Source: Escherichia coli 042
GTDB taxonomy: Bacteria > Pseudomonadota > Gammaproteobacteria > Enterobacterales > Enterobacteriaceae
Assembly: GCF_000027125.1 (NCBI RefSeq)
Contig: NC_017626.1
DNA: 64,000 bases
Strand: one strand, 5' to 3'
This document shows, piece after piece, positions 41,638 to 53,651 of the stretch; position 1 is the stretch's first letter; each line of letters begins with the position of its first letter. Under the pieces are notes generated by a model that was not told the origin of the DNA, made no database searches, and saw only the letters and a program-made list of their open reading frames with translations. Position numbers and translations under genes: made by a program.

Positions 41638-43235
41638 TGGCTTCCATTCATTCGCTCCTCAGTGCATGCCAGACGACACCCCGGGATGTGGCTGAACCGG
41701 CTCAGGTGCGTATTGCGCTGTGGGATAAATGGCTTGCTCCCGTGACGCCAGATAATCCCGCAGGTGATGATGCGGGGTACGATGATGATTTTCAGCAGAT
41801 GCGTGAAGAGGTCAATAAACTCTCCGGAGCCGATGCCGGAATTGTCAGCCAGCTTGCAGAAAAATTACTGACCACCAGAACCAAAGATATCCGGGTGGCG
41901 ACCTGGTATATCTGGGCCCGTCTGCGGCAGGATGGTGAAAAAGGTCTGGCCGACGGTCTGGAGCTGCTGACCGGTTTGTTGCAGCGTTTTGGAGAGCACC
42001 TGCATCCACAACGGTCACGGGCCAGGAAGGCGGCGCTGGAGTGGTTATGCAGCGCCCGCATACTGGACAGTCTGTCTCTGTATCCGGAGGTGGTGAAGGC
42101 GGATACCCTGCGCATTGCCGGGGCGCTGTGGCTGGCAGAACAGACCTTTACGGATGAGGCTTCCGCCCCGGTGCTGAACGGGTTATATCAGGCACTTGAA
42201 AATCGCCTGATGAAGGCCGGTGGTGTTGATGCAGTGGTGCCTCAGGAGGCTGCCGCGCCGGCACCGACGGTAACATCCGGCAGCGTCATGGCATTATCTG
42301 CCATCACCTCCGGACAGGAACTGCTGTCACAGGCCCGTGTTCTGGCAAAATATCTGCGTGACCAGCCTGAGGGCTGGCTGGCGGCTCATCGACTGATGAA
42401 AAGCGTCCGGCATGACACGCTGCATCAGTTACCGCCGTTATCTGCTGATGGACGGACCCGTATTGCCCCACCGGGGCCGGACCGGCGTGCGTCACTGAAA
42501 CGGTTGTATCTGCAGCAGAACTGGTTGTCACTGCTTGAACAGTGTGACGATATGTTTGCCCGGGGAGCCAGTCATCTGTGGCTGGACCTGCAGTGGTATA
42601 TTCATCAGGCGCTGTTGCAGACCGGAAAAGAAAATTATGCTGCCATTATTCAGTATGACCTGAAAGGATTGCTTCTGCGCCTGCCGGGGCTTGAGACACT
42701 GGCTTTTAACGACGGCATGCCGTTTGCCGATGACGTGACGCTGAGCTGGATACAGCAGCAGGTGATGGAGTGTGGTGAACGCTGGGCGGAAGAACCTTCT
42801 GTAACGATAACGGCAGCTCCCGGAGATAACGACATTTTATCTCTTGAGCCGGAAGCCCTGCAGATTGCGGATAATGAAGGAACAGAAGCCGCTTTAAGCT
42901 GGTTACAGGCACGTCCCGGTATTCAGTCTGACCGCAGCAACTGGCTACTGCGCCTGTTGATGGCCCGTGTTGCCGAACAGACAGGAAAAAATGACCTTGC
43001 CCTGCACCTGCTTGCGGAGCTGGATGAACGTGCAACCCGGCTGACCCTGTCACAATGGGAACCTGAACTGGTATTTGAGGTAAAAGCCCGCCGCCTGAAA
43101 CTGTTGCGTATGAAGTCCGCAAAAACTGAAAGTGACAGGGTGCGTCTGCAGCCTGATATGGAACATCTTCTTGCCGGGCTCATCGCCATTGATGCTGCCA
43201 GAGCTGCTGTGTTGTGCAATTCGGGAAGTTCATGA
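41637..43235 (+). CDS. tssA: T6SS protein TssA (ImpA N-terminal domain)
   Basis: ImpA_N pattern VTPDNPAGDDAGYDDDFQQMREEV...WYIWARL; ATGA overlap with tssM. Confidence 0.88.
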   Translation: MASIHSLLSACQTTPRDVAEPAQVRIALWDKWLAPVTPDNPAGDDAGYDDDFQQMREEVNKLSGADAGIVSQLAEKLLTTRTKDIRVATWYIWARLRQDGEKGLADGLELLTGLLQRFGEHLHPQRSRARKAALEWLCSARILDSLSLYPEVVKADTLRIAGALWLAEQTFTDEASAPVLNGLYQALENRLMKAGGVDAVVPQEAAAPAPTVTSGSVMALSAITSGQELLSQARVLAKYLRDQPEGWLAAHRLMKSVRHDTLHQLPPLSADGRTRIAPPGPDRRASLKRLYLQQNWLSLLEQCDDMFARGASHLWLDLQWYIHQALLQTGKENYAAIIQYDLKGLLLRLPGLETLAFNDGMPFADDVTLSWIQQQVMECGERWAEEPSVTITAAPGDNDILSLEPEALQIADNEGTEAALSWLQARPGIQSDRSNWLLRLLMARVAEQTGKNDLALHLLAELDERATRLTLSQWEPELVFEVKARRLKLLRMKSAKTESDRVRLQPDMEHLLAGLIAIDAARAAVLCNSGSS

Positions 43236-43236
43236 G

Positions 43237-43929
43237 ATGTCTGTCATGCATTATCTTCAGGACAAAACATTTCAGGATATAGTCAAAAATCTGGTGTTAC
43301 CGCTTCTGTCGGGCATTATTATTCCTCTTGTCAAATGGTTTGTGCAGCATTATGGCTATGCGCCGAATATCAGGAAATACAGATTTGAAAAAATTCCTGT
43401 ATCTGAAAAGGAGTCCATTCTTGCCCGTATTGACAAACTGACAAAAGAACCAGCAACGAAAAATACACTGGTAAGAATAAAATACTGTTATGAACAGATG
43501 GGGATATATCTCCCGACGTGGTGTTGTAATAAGCTGATTTGTTTTATATCCGACAGAAATATCAGCTCAGTGGATAACAGACTGCATTGTTTTCTTAAAT
43601 ATTCTTTTGTCGGTATATTTTTAGATGGCAAATTTACTGTTAATACTCGTCGTGTGCATAAAAGTTACTGGATGATAGCAGTGTTTTCGGTGTTTTCTTT
43701 ATGTGTTCAGTTTACGGGAGGGATACTTACAACCATGCCATTTCTGTCGGGGAGTAATACAGTTTTATTTATGTTATTTTCTCTCGTTTATTTTATCATG
43801 ATATTTCTGACAGTTATATTCACATGTAATCTGATTAATGAAATCCGGCTTGCCGTTCAGTTCGGGCGATTGTTTGAGGCATGGCTGAAGTCAGAGCGCG
43901 AGTCTCCGGAACAGTTAGCTTTATTCTGA
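43237..43929 (+). CDS. Low-GC hypothetical multi-pass membrane protein inserted between tssA and tssF
   Basis: 230 aa from MSVMHYL; C-terminal half strongly hydrophobic; local GC clearly below flanking T6SS genes. Confidence 0.5.
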   Translation: MSVMHYLQDKTFQDIVKNLVLPLLSGIIIPLVKWFVQHYGYAPNIRKYRFEKIPVSEKESILARIDKLTKEPATKNTLVRIKYCYEQMGIYLPTWCCNKLICFISDRNISSVDNRLHCFLKYSFVGIFLDGKFTVNTRRVHKSYWMIAVFSVFSLCVQFTGGILTTMPFLSGSNTVLFMLFSLVYFIMIFLTVIFTCNLINEIRLAVQFGRLFEAWLKSERESPEQLALF

Positions 43930-43936
43930 GAAGATA

Positions 43937-45700
43937 ATGGACGATTTAACCCTGCGTTATTTTGACGCTGAAATGCGTTATCTGCGTGAAGCCGGAAAGG
44001 CGTTTGCACAGGCTCATCCCGATCGGGCGGCGATGCTGGATCTCGATAAAGCGGGTACGCCTGATCCCTGCGTGGAACGCCTGTTTGAAGGTTTCGCCTT
44101 TTCCATGGGACGACTGCGCCAGAAAATCGACGATGATTTGCCGGAGCTTACTGAAAGTCTGGTCAGTATGCTCTGGCCTCATTACCTGCGTACTATCCCG
44201 TCCCTGTCGGTGGTGGCACTGACTCCCCGGTTATCCGTCATGAAAATGGCTGAAACCGTACCAGCCGGACTGGAAGTGACTTCCCGCCCTGTTGGCCCCG
44301 GAAATACAGTCTGTCGTTACCGTACCACCCGGGCCATACCACTGAATCCACTGGCAGTGGAGAAGGTTGTTATGACGACGGAGCCGGACGGGCGTTCAGT
44401 GTTGAAAATAGGTTTTGCCTGCAGTGAACTGGCTGACTGGTCTCAGGTCGATTTGCATCGTCTGAGCCTGTATCTGGCAGCAGAAGCCCCGGTCAGCAGC
44501 ACCCTTCATCTGATGATGACAAAGCGTCTGGCTGCGCTGTATCTGAGGCTGCCGGGAAATGATGAGCGGATCCGCATTGACGGATGGTTTTCACCCGGTG
44601 GTTTTGCAGAAGAAGATCGGCTGTGGCCGAAAGGTGACAGTGCTTTCAGTGGGTATCAGTTATTGCTGGAATATTTCACCTTTCGGGAAAAGTTTATGTT
44701 TGTTCATCTGAACGGACTGGAGAATGTTTCTCTGCCGGCAGGTATTTCCGGATTCGATCTTGAGGTGGTGCTGAGTCAGCCCTGGCCAGCAGATTTACCT
44801 GTGACAGACGATGCCCTGTGTCTGCATTGTGTGCCGGTGATTAACCTTTTTACGCTTGAAGCCGATCCACTCATCATCAATGGGCTGGAGAGCGAATACC
44901 TGCTGCGCCCGAAGCGTCTGCAGGATGGGTATACGGAGATATATTCAGTGGATGCGGTGACGGGCTCCGGGCGGACCGGCAGTGCAGAGTACGTGCCTTT
45001 TACCAGCTTCCGTCACCGTGGGGGAATGCTGCGCCATGATGCACCCGAACGTTATTATCATACCCGGGTGAAGCGGGGTGTCACGGGGATGTATGACACA
45101 TGGCTTATCCTTGGCGGTCAGCGGTGGGAGGCGGATCGGATGCCGGAGCGGGAAACGCTTTCATTACGTATTACAGGTACCAATGGTCAGCTTCCCCGTC
45201 GTGCGTTGCAGAGTACGCTGCTTGATCGGTGTGAACAGGTACTGCAGGCCCCGGTCAGTGTACGTAATCTTTGTAAACCCACGCTACCGGTTTATCCGCC
45301 GACAGAAGATCGTTTTCACTGGCGGGTGATGAGTCATCTGGGGACAGGATTTCTTAACATGCTGAGCAGTGCGGAAGTGCTGCGTGGCACGCTGGCGCTT
45401 TATAACTGGCGGGACGATGAACTTAATCACCGTCGGCTTGATGCCATTCTGGCTGTACAGCATCATCGTATTCAGCGTTTTGAAAAGGGTTTTCTGCTCC
45501 GGGGGCTTGATGTGGAGGTAACTCTTGATGGCAACGGGTTTGCCGGAGAGGGAGATATTCACCTGTTTGGCGAAATGCTCAACCGTTTCCTGGCCCTGTA
45601 CGCCGATATGAATCAGTTCAATCAGCTCACACTGATTGTTCAGCCTGAAGGAAAATGCATCCGGTGGAAAGAAAATCACAATCCGCGCCTGCCCGGTTAA
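43937..45700 (+). CDS. tssF: T6SS baseplate subunit TssF
   Basis: 587 aa; N-terminus MDDLTLRYFDAEMRYLREAGKAFAQAHPD typical of TssF. Confidence 0.9.
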   Translation: MDDLTLRYFDAEMRYLREAGKAFAQAHPDRAAMLDLDKAGTPDPCVERLFEGFAFSMGRLRQKIDDDLPELTESLVSMLWPHYLRTIPSLSVVALTPRLSVMKMAETVPAGLEVTSRPVGPGNTVCRYRTTRAIPLNPLAVEKVVMTTEPDGRSVLKIGFACSELADWSQVDLHRLSLYLAAEAPVSSTLHLMMTKRLAALYLRLPGNDERIRIDGWFSPGGFAEEDRLWPKGDSAFSGYQLLLEYFTFREKFMFVHLNGLENVSLPAGISGFDLEVVLSQPWPADLPVTDDALCLHCVPVINLFTLEADPLIINGLESEYLLRPKRLQDGYTEIYSVDAVTGSGRTGSAEYVPFTSFRHRGGMLRHDAPERYYHTRVKRGVTGMYDTWLILGGQRWEADRMPERETLSLRITGTNGQLPRRALQSTLLDRCEQVLQAPVSVRNLCKPTLPVYPPTEDRFHWRVMSHLGTGFLNMLSSAEVLRGTLALYNWRDDELNHRRLDAILAVQHHRIQRFEKGFLLRGLDVEVTLDGNGFAGEGDIHLFGEMLNRFLALYADMNQFNQLTLIVQPEGKCIRWKENHNPRLPG

Positions 45701-46755
45701 TTACCCGTTACCGGAAACAGCTTCCGTATATTAATTTTTACCGCTTCTGTCAGTTGCTGGAACAAAGCCAGCCAGACCAGCCTCCCATTGGCAGTGGCTG
45801 GCAGGCCCGTCAGGAAGCGGTTCGCTTTTGTCCATACCCGGGAATGGGGTTTCCTGCGAGTGAAATAAAAGACGCTGTAATTCCTGAAGAATCCCATCTG
45901 CCACCCATTGTACATGTGACGTTTATGGGACTTTACGGGGTCACGTCTCCGTTGCCGGCACACTATATCAGTGATATTGCACAGCAGCGGGAAGGCCATG
46001 AGGCCGCAGCGGATTTTCTCGATATATTCAGTCATCGTCTGATCACCCAGTATTACCGTATCTGGCGTAAATATTCGTACCCGGCCACCTTTGAGGCGGG
46101 AGGACAGGATAAAACATCCCAGTATCTGCTCGGTCTGGCCAGACTGGGGATCCCCGGATGTGCACAGAATATTGCCACGCCGGTATCGCGTTTTCTGGCG
46201 TTATTGCCCCTGATGTTGTTACCCGGAAGAACAGCTGAAGGGCTGACATCACTGGTAACGCTGCTGGCTCCCGGAACACAGGCCCGTGTCTGGCATCATG
46301 ACCGACGACGGATCCCGCTGAAAACACCGCTGACCATGCGTGTTCATCACCCGGTCAGTCTGAAGAGTCGCCCGGTGATGGGCGATCATGCCACGGATGT
46401 GAACGGACAGGTGTTATTACAGCTTTCAACACAGACGGGCAGCGAGGTACAGGGCTGGTTACCAGGCGGGCATCTGTATTCTGATTTGTTGGCGTTGTTG
46501 CATGTTTATCTGGGAAGCCGTCTGGATGTACGTCTGCAACTTTGTGTTGAGCGTTCACTGTTACCGGATGCCCGGCTCAGTTGCCGACCGGCAGCCGGTA
46601 GTCCGCAACTGGGGCGCACGGCAGTAATGAGAACACAGGCAAAGATAGCGACTTCAGCGGCACGCGTCATGACCATCAGTCTGGGGCGTTATCAGCGGGT
46701 TCAGGAACATTATCAACGTAAGGAGACTCAGGAAAATGGCGATTATCGCTGGTAA
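45655..46755 (+). CDS. tssG: T6SS baseplate subunit TssG
   Basis: 366 aa, overlaps tssF end; conserved position. Confidence 0.85.
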   Translation: MHPVERKSQSAPARLITRYRKQLPYINFYRFCQLLEQSQPDQPPIGSGWQARQEAVRFCPYPGMGFPASEIKDAVIPEESHLPPIVHVTFMGLYGVTSPLPAHYISDIAQQREGHEAAADFLDIFSHRLITQYYRIWRKYSYPATFEAGGQDKTSQYLLGLARLGIPGCAQNIATPVSRFLALLPLMLLPGRTAEGLTSLVTLLAPGTQARVWHHDRRRIPLKTPLTMRVHHPVSLKSRPVMGDHATDVNGQVLLQLSTQTGSEVQGWLPGGHLYSDLLALLHVYLGSRLDVRLQLCVERSLLPDARLSCRPAAGSPQLGRTAVMRTQAKIATSAARVMTISLGRYQRVQEHYQRKETQENGDYRW

Positions 46756-47272
46756 GGCTGGTTACGGTCTGATTATTGCGTTGTTTTCCCTGTCGTTATC
46801 AGGATGCGGTCTGACGCAAAGAGTGGCAGACGGTACGGTATCTGCCACGAAATCCCTGTTTTACCGACAGATAAAAACACTTCACCTGGATATTCGTGCC
46901 AGGGAGGCCATTAACACCAGTGCTGCCGGTATTCCCCTGTCGGTTGTGGTGCGGATTTATCAGCTTAAAGACAACCGGAGTTTTGACAGTGCGGATTATC
47001 AGGCGCTTTTTACAGGGGACAATGAAATTCTGGCAGGCGATATCATTGCACAGAAAGATGTATGGCTGCAGCCAGGTGGTTCAGTAGCCGTGGATATGCC
47101 TCTGGATGATGCGGCGAAATTTACCGGTGTGGCAGCAATGTTTCTGGAGCCTGACCAGAAGAAAAATACCTGGCGGGTGGTGCTGGGCCGGGATGAGCTT
47201 GAGCCGGACACGCCCCGTCTTATTGAAGTATCCGGTAACACCCTGACCCTGTTACCGGTGAAGGATAAATAG
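46736..47272 (+). CDS. tssJ: T6SS outer-membrane lipoprotein TssJ
   Basis: Lipobox LSLSGCG; 178 aa; AGGAG RBS. Confidence 0.85.
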   Translation: MAIIAGKAGYGLIIALFSLSLSGCGLTQRVADGTVSATKSLFYRQIKTLHLDIRAREAINTSAAGIPLSVVVRIYQLKDNRSFDSADYQALFTGDNEILAGDIIAQKDVWLQPGGSVAVDMPLDDAAKFTGVAAMFLEPDQKKNTWRVVLGRDELEPDTPRLIEVSGNTLTLLPVKDK

Positions 47273-47274
47273 TG

Positions 47275-47706
47275 ATGCCGCGTCCTTCCCTTTATGAAAT
47301 TCTCTATGGCAATTTCACTGGCGGGCTGGAGTTAAACCAGGTCGGTGAGGAAGAGCAGGTTATTCTTTCGGTGCTCGATAACATGCAGCGTATTCTGAAT
47401 ACCCGTGCCGGAAGCCTTAAGCATCTTCCGGATTATGGTCTGCCGGATATAACAACCATTCTGCAGGGAATGCCGGGGACGGCGCATCAACTGATGCGCG
47501 TGCTTTCAGACGTTCTGCTGAAGTATGAGCCACGTATTAAGCGCGTCGACGTGACGATGCAGGAACAGACTCAGCCTGGTGAGTTGCATTATGTCATTGA
47601 TGCAGAACTTAAAGATGCCGGGCTGGTTCGTTACGGAACAACATTTATACCGGAGGGCAGGGTGTTGTTGCGCCATCTGAAACAGCAGCGCTACGTGCAG
47701 ACGTGA
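47275..47706 (+). CDS. tssE: T6SS baseplate protein TssE (gp25-like)
   Basis: MPRPSLYEILYGNF...; gp25-like size (143 aa); follows tssJ. Confidence 0.88.
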   Translation: MPRPSLYEILYGNFTGGLELNQVGEEEQVILSVLDNMQRILNTRAGSLKHLPDYGLPDITTILQGMPGTAHQLMRVLSDVLLKYEPRIKRVDVTMQEQTQPGELHYVIDAELKDAGLVRYGTTFIPEGRVLLRHLKQQRYVQT

Positions 47707-47862
47707 GCCGGAGCAGGGAGGGCAGAACAGAAATAAATAAACAGCGATGGATATATGTCAGGTGTGAATGTGACATTATTCTGGCTTATGACAACGCTGG
47801 CTGAATGTTTCATCATCCTGATAACTCGGGCATATCAGCAATAACAATGTATGAGTTTTAAA

Positions 47863-48264
47863 ATGAAGAAAATTATCTTTTTTCTGTTCGTGGGGCTTTT
47901 ATTTTCGGTTCAGGCAGATGCTGCGCGGGGAAGAAAACCCTGCTCGGGTGCTAAAGGTGGTATTTCACACTGTACGTCAGACGGACGTTTTGTCTGCAAT
48001 GACGGAAGTCTGAGTCAGTCGAAGCGCCTTTGTTCTGGTTATGGCGTGGCACCCGGCAAACGTCAGGTGAAATCACCGGTCACCACGAAGCCGGTTCAGA
48101 AGGAAAAATCAGCGGCTGTCCGGAAGGTGTCACAACCGTCGGTGGCTGAGAAAAATGAGGCTGTGCCGGTCACTGAACCCCGCAACCCTACCTGTGCGCC
48201 GCTTTATATGGCCAGCAAACCCGGATTTACGCATCTGCCCATTTGTTCCGGTAATCAGTATTAA
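47863..48264 (+). CDS. Predicted secreted Cys-containing protein
   Basis: Signal peptide MKKIIFFLFVGLLFSVQADA; Cys pairs; low-GC. Confidence 0.45.
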   Translation: MKKIIFFLFVGLLFSVQADAARGRKPCSGAKGGISHCTSDGRFVCNDGSLSQSKRLCSGYGVAPGKRQVKSPVTTKPVQKEKSAAVRKVSQPSVAEKNEAVPVTEPRNPTCAPLYMASKPGFTHLPICSGNQY

Positions 48265-48419
48265 TCTGACACTGAAATAGCAGAGGAATCTGTGCTCAGC
48301 CTGCAGTTAATCCTGTAGTGGCTGGCATCATAAAGCCGGACAACCTTCCGGGTATAAATATTTCCGGAGGGCGTTAATCAAAGATATTCAGTTACTGAGA
48401 AGGAAAATAAAGGAAAGTC

Positions 48420-49664
48420 ATGGCAGGAGGAAAAAAAGATGATAATGCAGCGGGATTTGTCCTGATTTTAGTTTGCGTTATTCTCTGGGGGATTTATGTG
48501 GCGGTCAGGGCGCTGATAAATCTTAATGAGCGCTTTATTGATGCAGTATCGAATCCGGCAGGTATTATTGGTTTGTTTTTTGGTTTGCTTACTGTATTTG
48601 CAATTTTACTTCGTTTTTTTATTTACCGGAGACTCAGAAAGAAAACAGCAGCCTTTGAGCAGGCCGTTTCAGAGCTGGTTCAGAGAGAGCGGGGTTTTAA
48701 TGAAACTGTCAATGCCGCGATAGCCCGGGGAATACGACAGGAAAAGGAGCAACTGGCCAGACGTCGTGAGGAATTTCATACCGCCAGACAGAAGGCCAGC
48801 CGTGCAATGCAACGGATTGTTGATTCCGCCTGGAAATTTAAGGCGAAGACTCTGCTGGCTGGTGTAACGATTAATAACTGGCAAAGCAAATATGACCAGC
48901 TTCGTAAGGAAAGAGAGGCTTACGCTGCTGTCAGTGAGAAAATAGCCTTTCTTAACCTGGAAGATAATTCTGACCGGGAGAGTATCAGGCAACAGTTTCT
49001 GGACAAAGTGGCATTGCTGGAAAAAGCGCAGGAAGAGAAGGAATATCAGGCAGAGCTTAAGCGTCAGATGCGTGAAGAAAAAGAGCGTCAGGATGAACCT
49101 GAACGGCGCCAGCGGGAAGCGGAAGAGGAAGAACGGCGTCTTGCTGAGCAGCAGAAACTGATTGAGGAGGCGCTGCGCGCAGCAGAAGGGGCTCACAGGG
49201 AGGAGTTAGAGAAACAACGCCTGGAGCTGGAACAGAAAATTCAGGAAGCGCATGCGCAGTATGAACGTGCTAAATCCATGGCTCAGCTTACGAAACAGGG
49301 GCATGTTTATATCATTTCGAATATTGGTTCGTTTGGTGAGGATGTCTTTAAAATTGGCATGACCCGACGGCTGGAACCCATGGACAGGGTCAAAGAGTTA
49401 AGTGGTGCTTCTGTTCCGTTTGATTTTGATGTTCACGCCATGATTTCCTGTGATGATGCGCCTGCGCTGGAAAAAACACTTCATGACAGTCTGGAAAAAT
49501 ACCGCATTAACAGGATTAACCTGCGTAAAGAATTTTTCCGCGTGAAGCTTGAGAAAATCATTAATGAAGTGGAGCGTCACCACGGGCAGGTGGAATATGT
49601 GGCTGACCCGGCGGCGCTGCAGTACCTGCAGAGTCTGGAATACGCGGAAAATGAAGCTGCCTGA
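48420..49664 (+). CDS. Membrane-anchored coiled-coil protein with C-terminal T5orf172/GIY-YIG-like nuclease domain (DUF4041-type architecture)
   Basis: Two N-terminal TM helices; long charged (E/R/K/Q) coiled-coil; C-terminus GHVYIISN...FKIGMT... resembles GIY-x10-YIG. Confidence 0.65.
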   Translation: MAGGKKDDNAAGFVLILVCVILWGIYVAVRALINLNERFIDAVSNPAGIIGLFFGLLTVFAILLRFFIYRRLRKKTAAFEQAVSELVQRERGFNETVNAAIARGIRQEKEQLARRREEFHTARQKASRAMQRIVDSAWKFKAKTLLAGVTINNWQSKYDQLRKEREAYAAVSEKIAFLNLEDNSDRESIRQQFLDKVALLEKAQEEKEYQAELKRQMREEKERQDEPERRQREAEEEERRLAEQQKLIEEALRAAEGAHREELEKQRLELEQKIQEAHAQYERAKSMAQLTKQGHVYIISNIGSFGEDVFKIGMTRRLEPMDRVKELSGASVPFDFDVHAMISCDDAPALEKTLHDSLEKYRINRINLRKEFFRVKLEKIINEVERHHGQVEYVADPAALQYLQSLEYAENEAA

Positions 49665-49857
49665 CAGTCAGTGTTCTGATTTTACCCCGGCCGGATATAA
49701 CAGAAGGGATATCTGCAGATACCCTGCAGCATGGTTCACAGTATTCTGGTCATGTTAATGATTCTGTTTTTTATTTCTGAATAAAGCGATACCCACGATA
49801 TAACATCCGTGGATGTCGGTGGTGATTATTTTTTTGTTCACAGATTAAGGTGCGTTT

Positions 49858-51645
<1,788 letters not shown>

Positions 51646-51706
51646 TACCGGACCATTTCTTTATTCTGGTTTTCCACTATATTTTATTATCAGGTGTATT
51701 TTATTT

Positions 51707-52015
51707 ATGATGAATCCATTATTCAGTGACATTCAGATGCGTCTTTTTCATCTTAATCATTCCCCGTATTCCTGGTACTGGAATGTCAGATTCAGACCCC
51801 AGGAAGCCGTATATATTGGCAACGATACCTGTCATATCACCATTACCTGTAATCAGTCAGGTTTTCATTTAACCAGGGACGGACAACGGCTGTTCACTGA
51901 GCGTTATATCAGAAACCTTAATGAGCTGTTGCCGGTTCTGAAACGGCGGTGGGATGTGACACCGGCAATTATCCGCGCGGTGGAATACCTTTCCCGGGTA
52001 CCGGTATCACACTGA
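51707..52015 (+). CDS. Hypothetical small protein upstream of tagA-like gene (start uncertain)
   Basis: ORF 51605..52015; internal Met chosen because upstream part overlaps helicase 3' end. Confidence 0.3.
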   Translation: MMNPLFSDIQMRLFHLNHSPYSWYWNVRFRPQEAVYIGNDTCHITITCNQSGFHLTRDGQRLFTERYIRNLNELLPVLKRRWDVTPAIIRAVEYLSRVPVSH

Positions 52016-52069
52016 TGTTCTTTTCGTCACTGTTAATCATGATTTAATACAGCAACACCGAATCTGCCG

Positions 52070-53437
52070 ATGACTTCTGAAGTGAAACTGAAAACCGGTG
52101 GTGACCCCCGGTCATTACCGGATTATGCTGCCCTGCGCGATGAAATCAGCAAACTGACTCACCCGGCACGCCCGGATGTGGACTGGCGTTACGTGGAAAC
52201 ACTCTGCCTGCGTCTGTATGAACACAATGGCGTGGAATTACAGACGGCATCCTGGTACACCATCGCCCGGATGCATACAACAGGGTTAAGTGGTCTGAAT
52301 GAAGGGCTGGCTCTGATTGTGGCGCTGACCCGGCATCACTGGTCAGTGATGTGGCCGCTGAATACCCACGCCCGGCTGGAAATTATTACCGGTCTGTTCA
52401 ACCATCTGCAAAAAACGCTTCGGGCCATGCCTCCGGACGACCGTGACAACCTGCCCCTGCTGTATCAGACCGAAACATTCCTGAAGGCACTGAGTGACAC
52501 ACTGGCCCGGCACGAACTTAAACAGAGCAGTAAAGTGGCTTTACCGGAAGCCATGGTGAAGGGATATATCACCCGCCTGGAGAACCAGCCTGTGCAGGGT
52601 GAAGTATCGTCTCCGGTAACCCTTCCGGCGCAGGCACTCCGGTCTGATGCTCCGGACGTACAGGAACATCAGACCCTGCCGCACTCCCGTCTGGTGTATG
52701 TTGTTTCTGAAACAAAAGCAGAGAGCGGAAAAGAAAACACACATTCCCTTCAGAAATCCCCGCCCACGTTTCTGAAACCGTTTGTAACTGGTGTCTGTGC
52801 GGCATTGCTGGCGGTCAGCGTGGCCATTCCGGGATGGCAGTTTCTGACACAGCCATCACCGGCGGAGCAGCAACTCAGGGCGTTGCTGACACCACCACCG
52901 GATGTGCTTTCAGCAGGCCAGATGACACAGCTCAGCAGAACACCTTCACTGCTAAATCATGCGTCAGAGTGGATAACCCTTTCCGGTCAGCAGATAACAC
53001 GACTGGCAGAACTACCCCCGGCATACAACCTGCAACGCAGTGCGCAGCTGCTGCAGCAACTGAGGGTACTTTTTCCCGACAATCCCCGTGTTCAGGAAAT
53101 GGTGGATAACTGGCAGAAGAGTGTAAGGAGTCGTGCGCTCCCGGAAGAGGCGATGGCGGGCTGGAACGAAGGCATGACCCGCTTACAGCAGCTGGCTGAG
53201 CGCCTGAACCGTCTGGATGAGCAGCGGGGAAAATACATGACGGTCAGTGAACTGAAAACGGAGGTGTTTGGCATCATGCAGGCTTTTAACCGGCATATCC
53301 CGGCAGAAGAGCAGTTACGTCGCTATGATGAAGTTCGTAACCAGAATAGCAGTGAACAGCAGCAAAAAAAGGTGGAAAATGGTCTTGTCGAGCTGGTGAG
53401 TCGTTACTGGGTTTTGACGCAAGGGGACATGAAGTGA
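52070..53437 (+). CDS. ImpA_N-domain T6SS accessory protein (TagA/VasL-like)
   Basis: N-terminal DPRSLPDYAALRDEISKL...DWRYVETLCLRLYEHNGVELQTASWY parallels TssA ImpA_N; central TM helix. Confidence 0.6.
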   Translation: MTSEVKLKTGGDPRSLPDYAALRDEISKLTHPARPDVDWRYVETLCLRLYEHNGVELQTASWYTIARMHTTGLSGLNEGLALIVALTRHHWSVMWPLNTHARLEIITGLFNHLQKTLRAMPPDDRDNLPLLYQTETFLKALSDTLARHELKQSSKVALPEAMVKGYITRLENQPVQGEVSSPVTLPAQALRSDAPDVQEHQTLPHSRLVYVVSETKAESGKENTHSLQKSPPTFLKPFVTGVCAALLAVSVAIPGWQFLTQPSPAEQQLRALLTPPPDVLSAGQMTQLSRTPSLLNHASEWITLSGQQITRLAELPPAYNLQRSAQLLQQLRVLFPDNPRVQEMVDNWQKSVRSRALPEEAMAGWNEGMTRLQQLAERLNRLDEQRGKYMTVSELKTEVFGIMQAFNRHIPAEEQLRRYDEVRNQNSSEQQQKKVENGLVELVSRYWVLTQGDMK

Positions 53438-53651
53438 TATTCCATCTTTTGGAGAATAATTTTCTAAAGGCACTGCAGAGTATAGTGCTTCTCTTCTTCA
53501 GCGGAGCATTAATGTGGTCTTACGCATTGATAGTATAGTTATTTAAATACTGGGCTTGGGTAGCAATAACTGAGTTATATTGTTATGGTTATTCATAATG
53601 CAAATTGTGTGATATGACGCATGATTTTTAGATGTCCAGGAACCAGATATC

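Noticed and set aside
38300-43219. Many minus-strand ORFs within tssM and tssA (e.g. 39622..40023, 40735..41181, 42706..43122)
   Set aside because: Antisense to long, well-supported T6SS core genes.
49800-49835. Possible hairpin plus T-run after the T5orf172-like gene
   Set aside because: Stem is short (about 5 bp) with a 10-nt loop; too weak to call a terminator.
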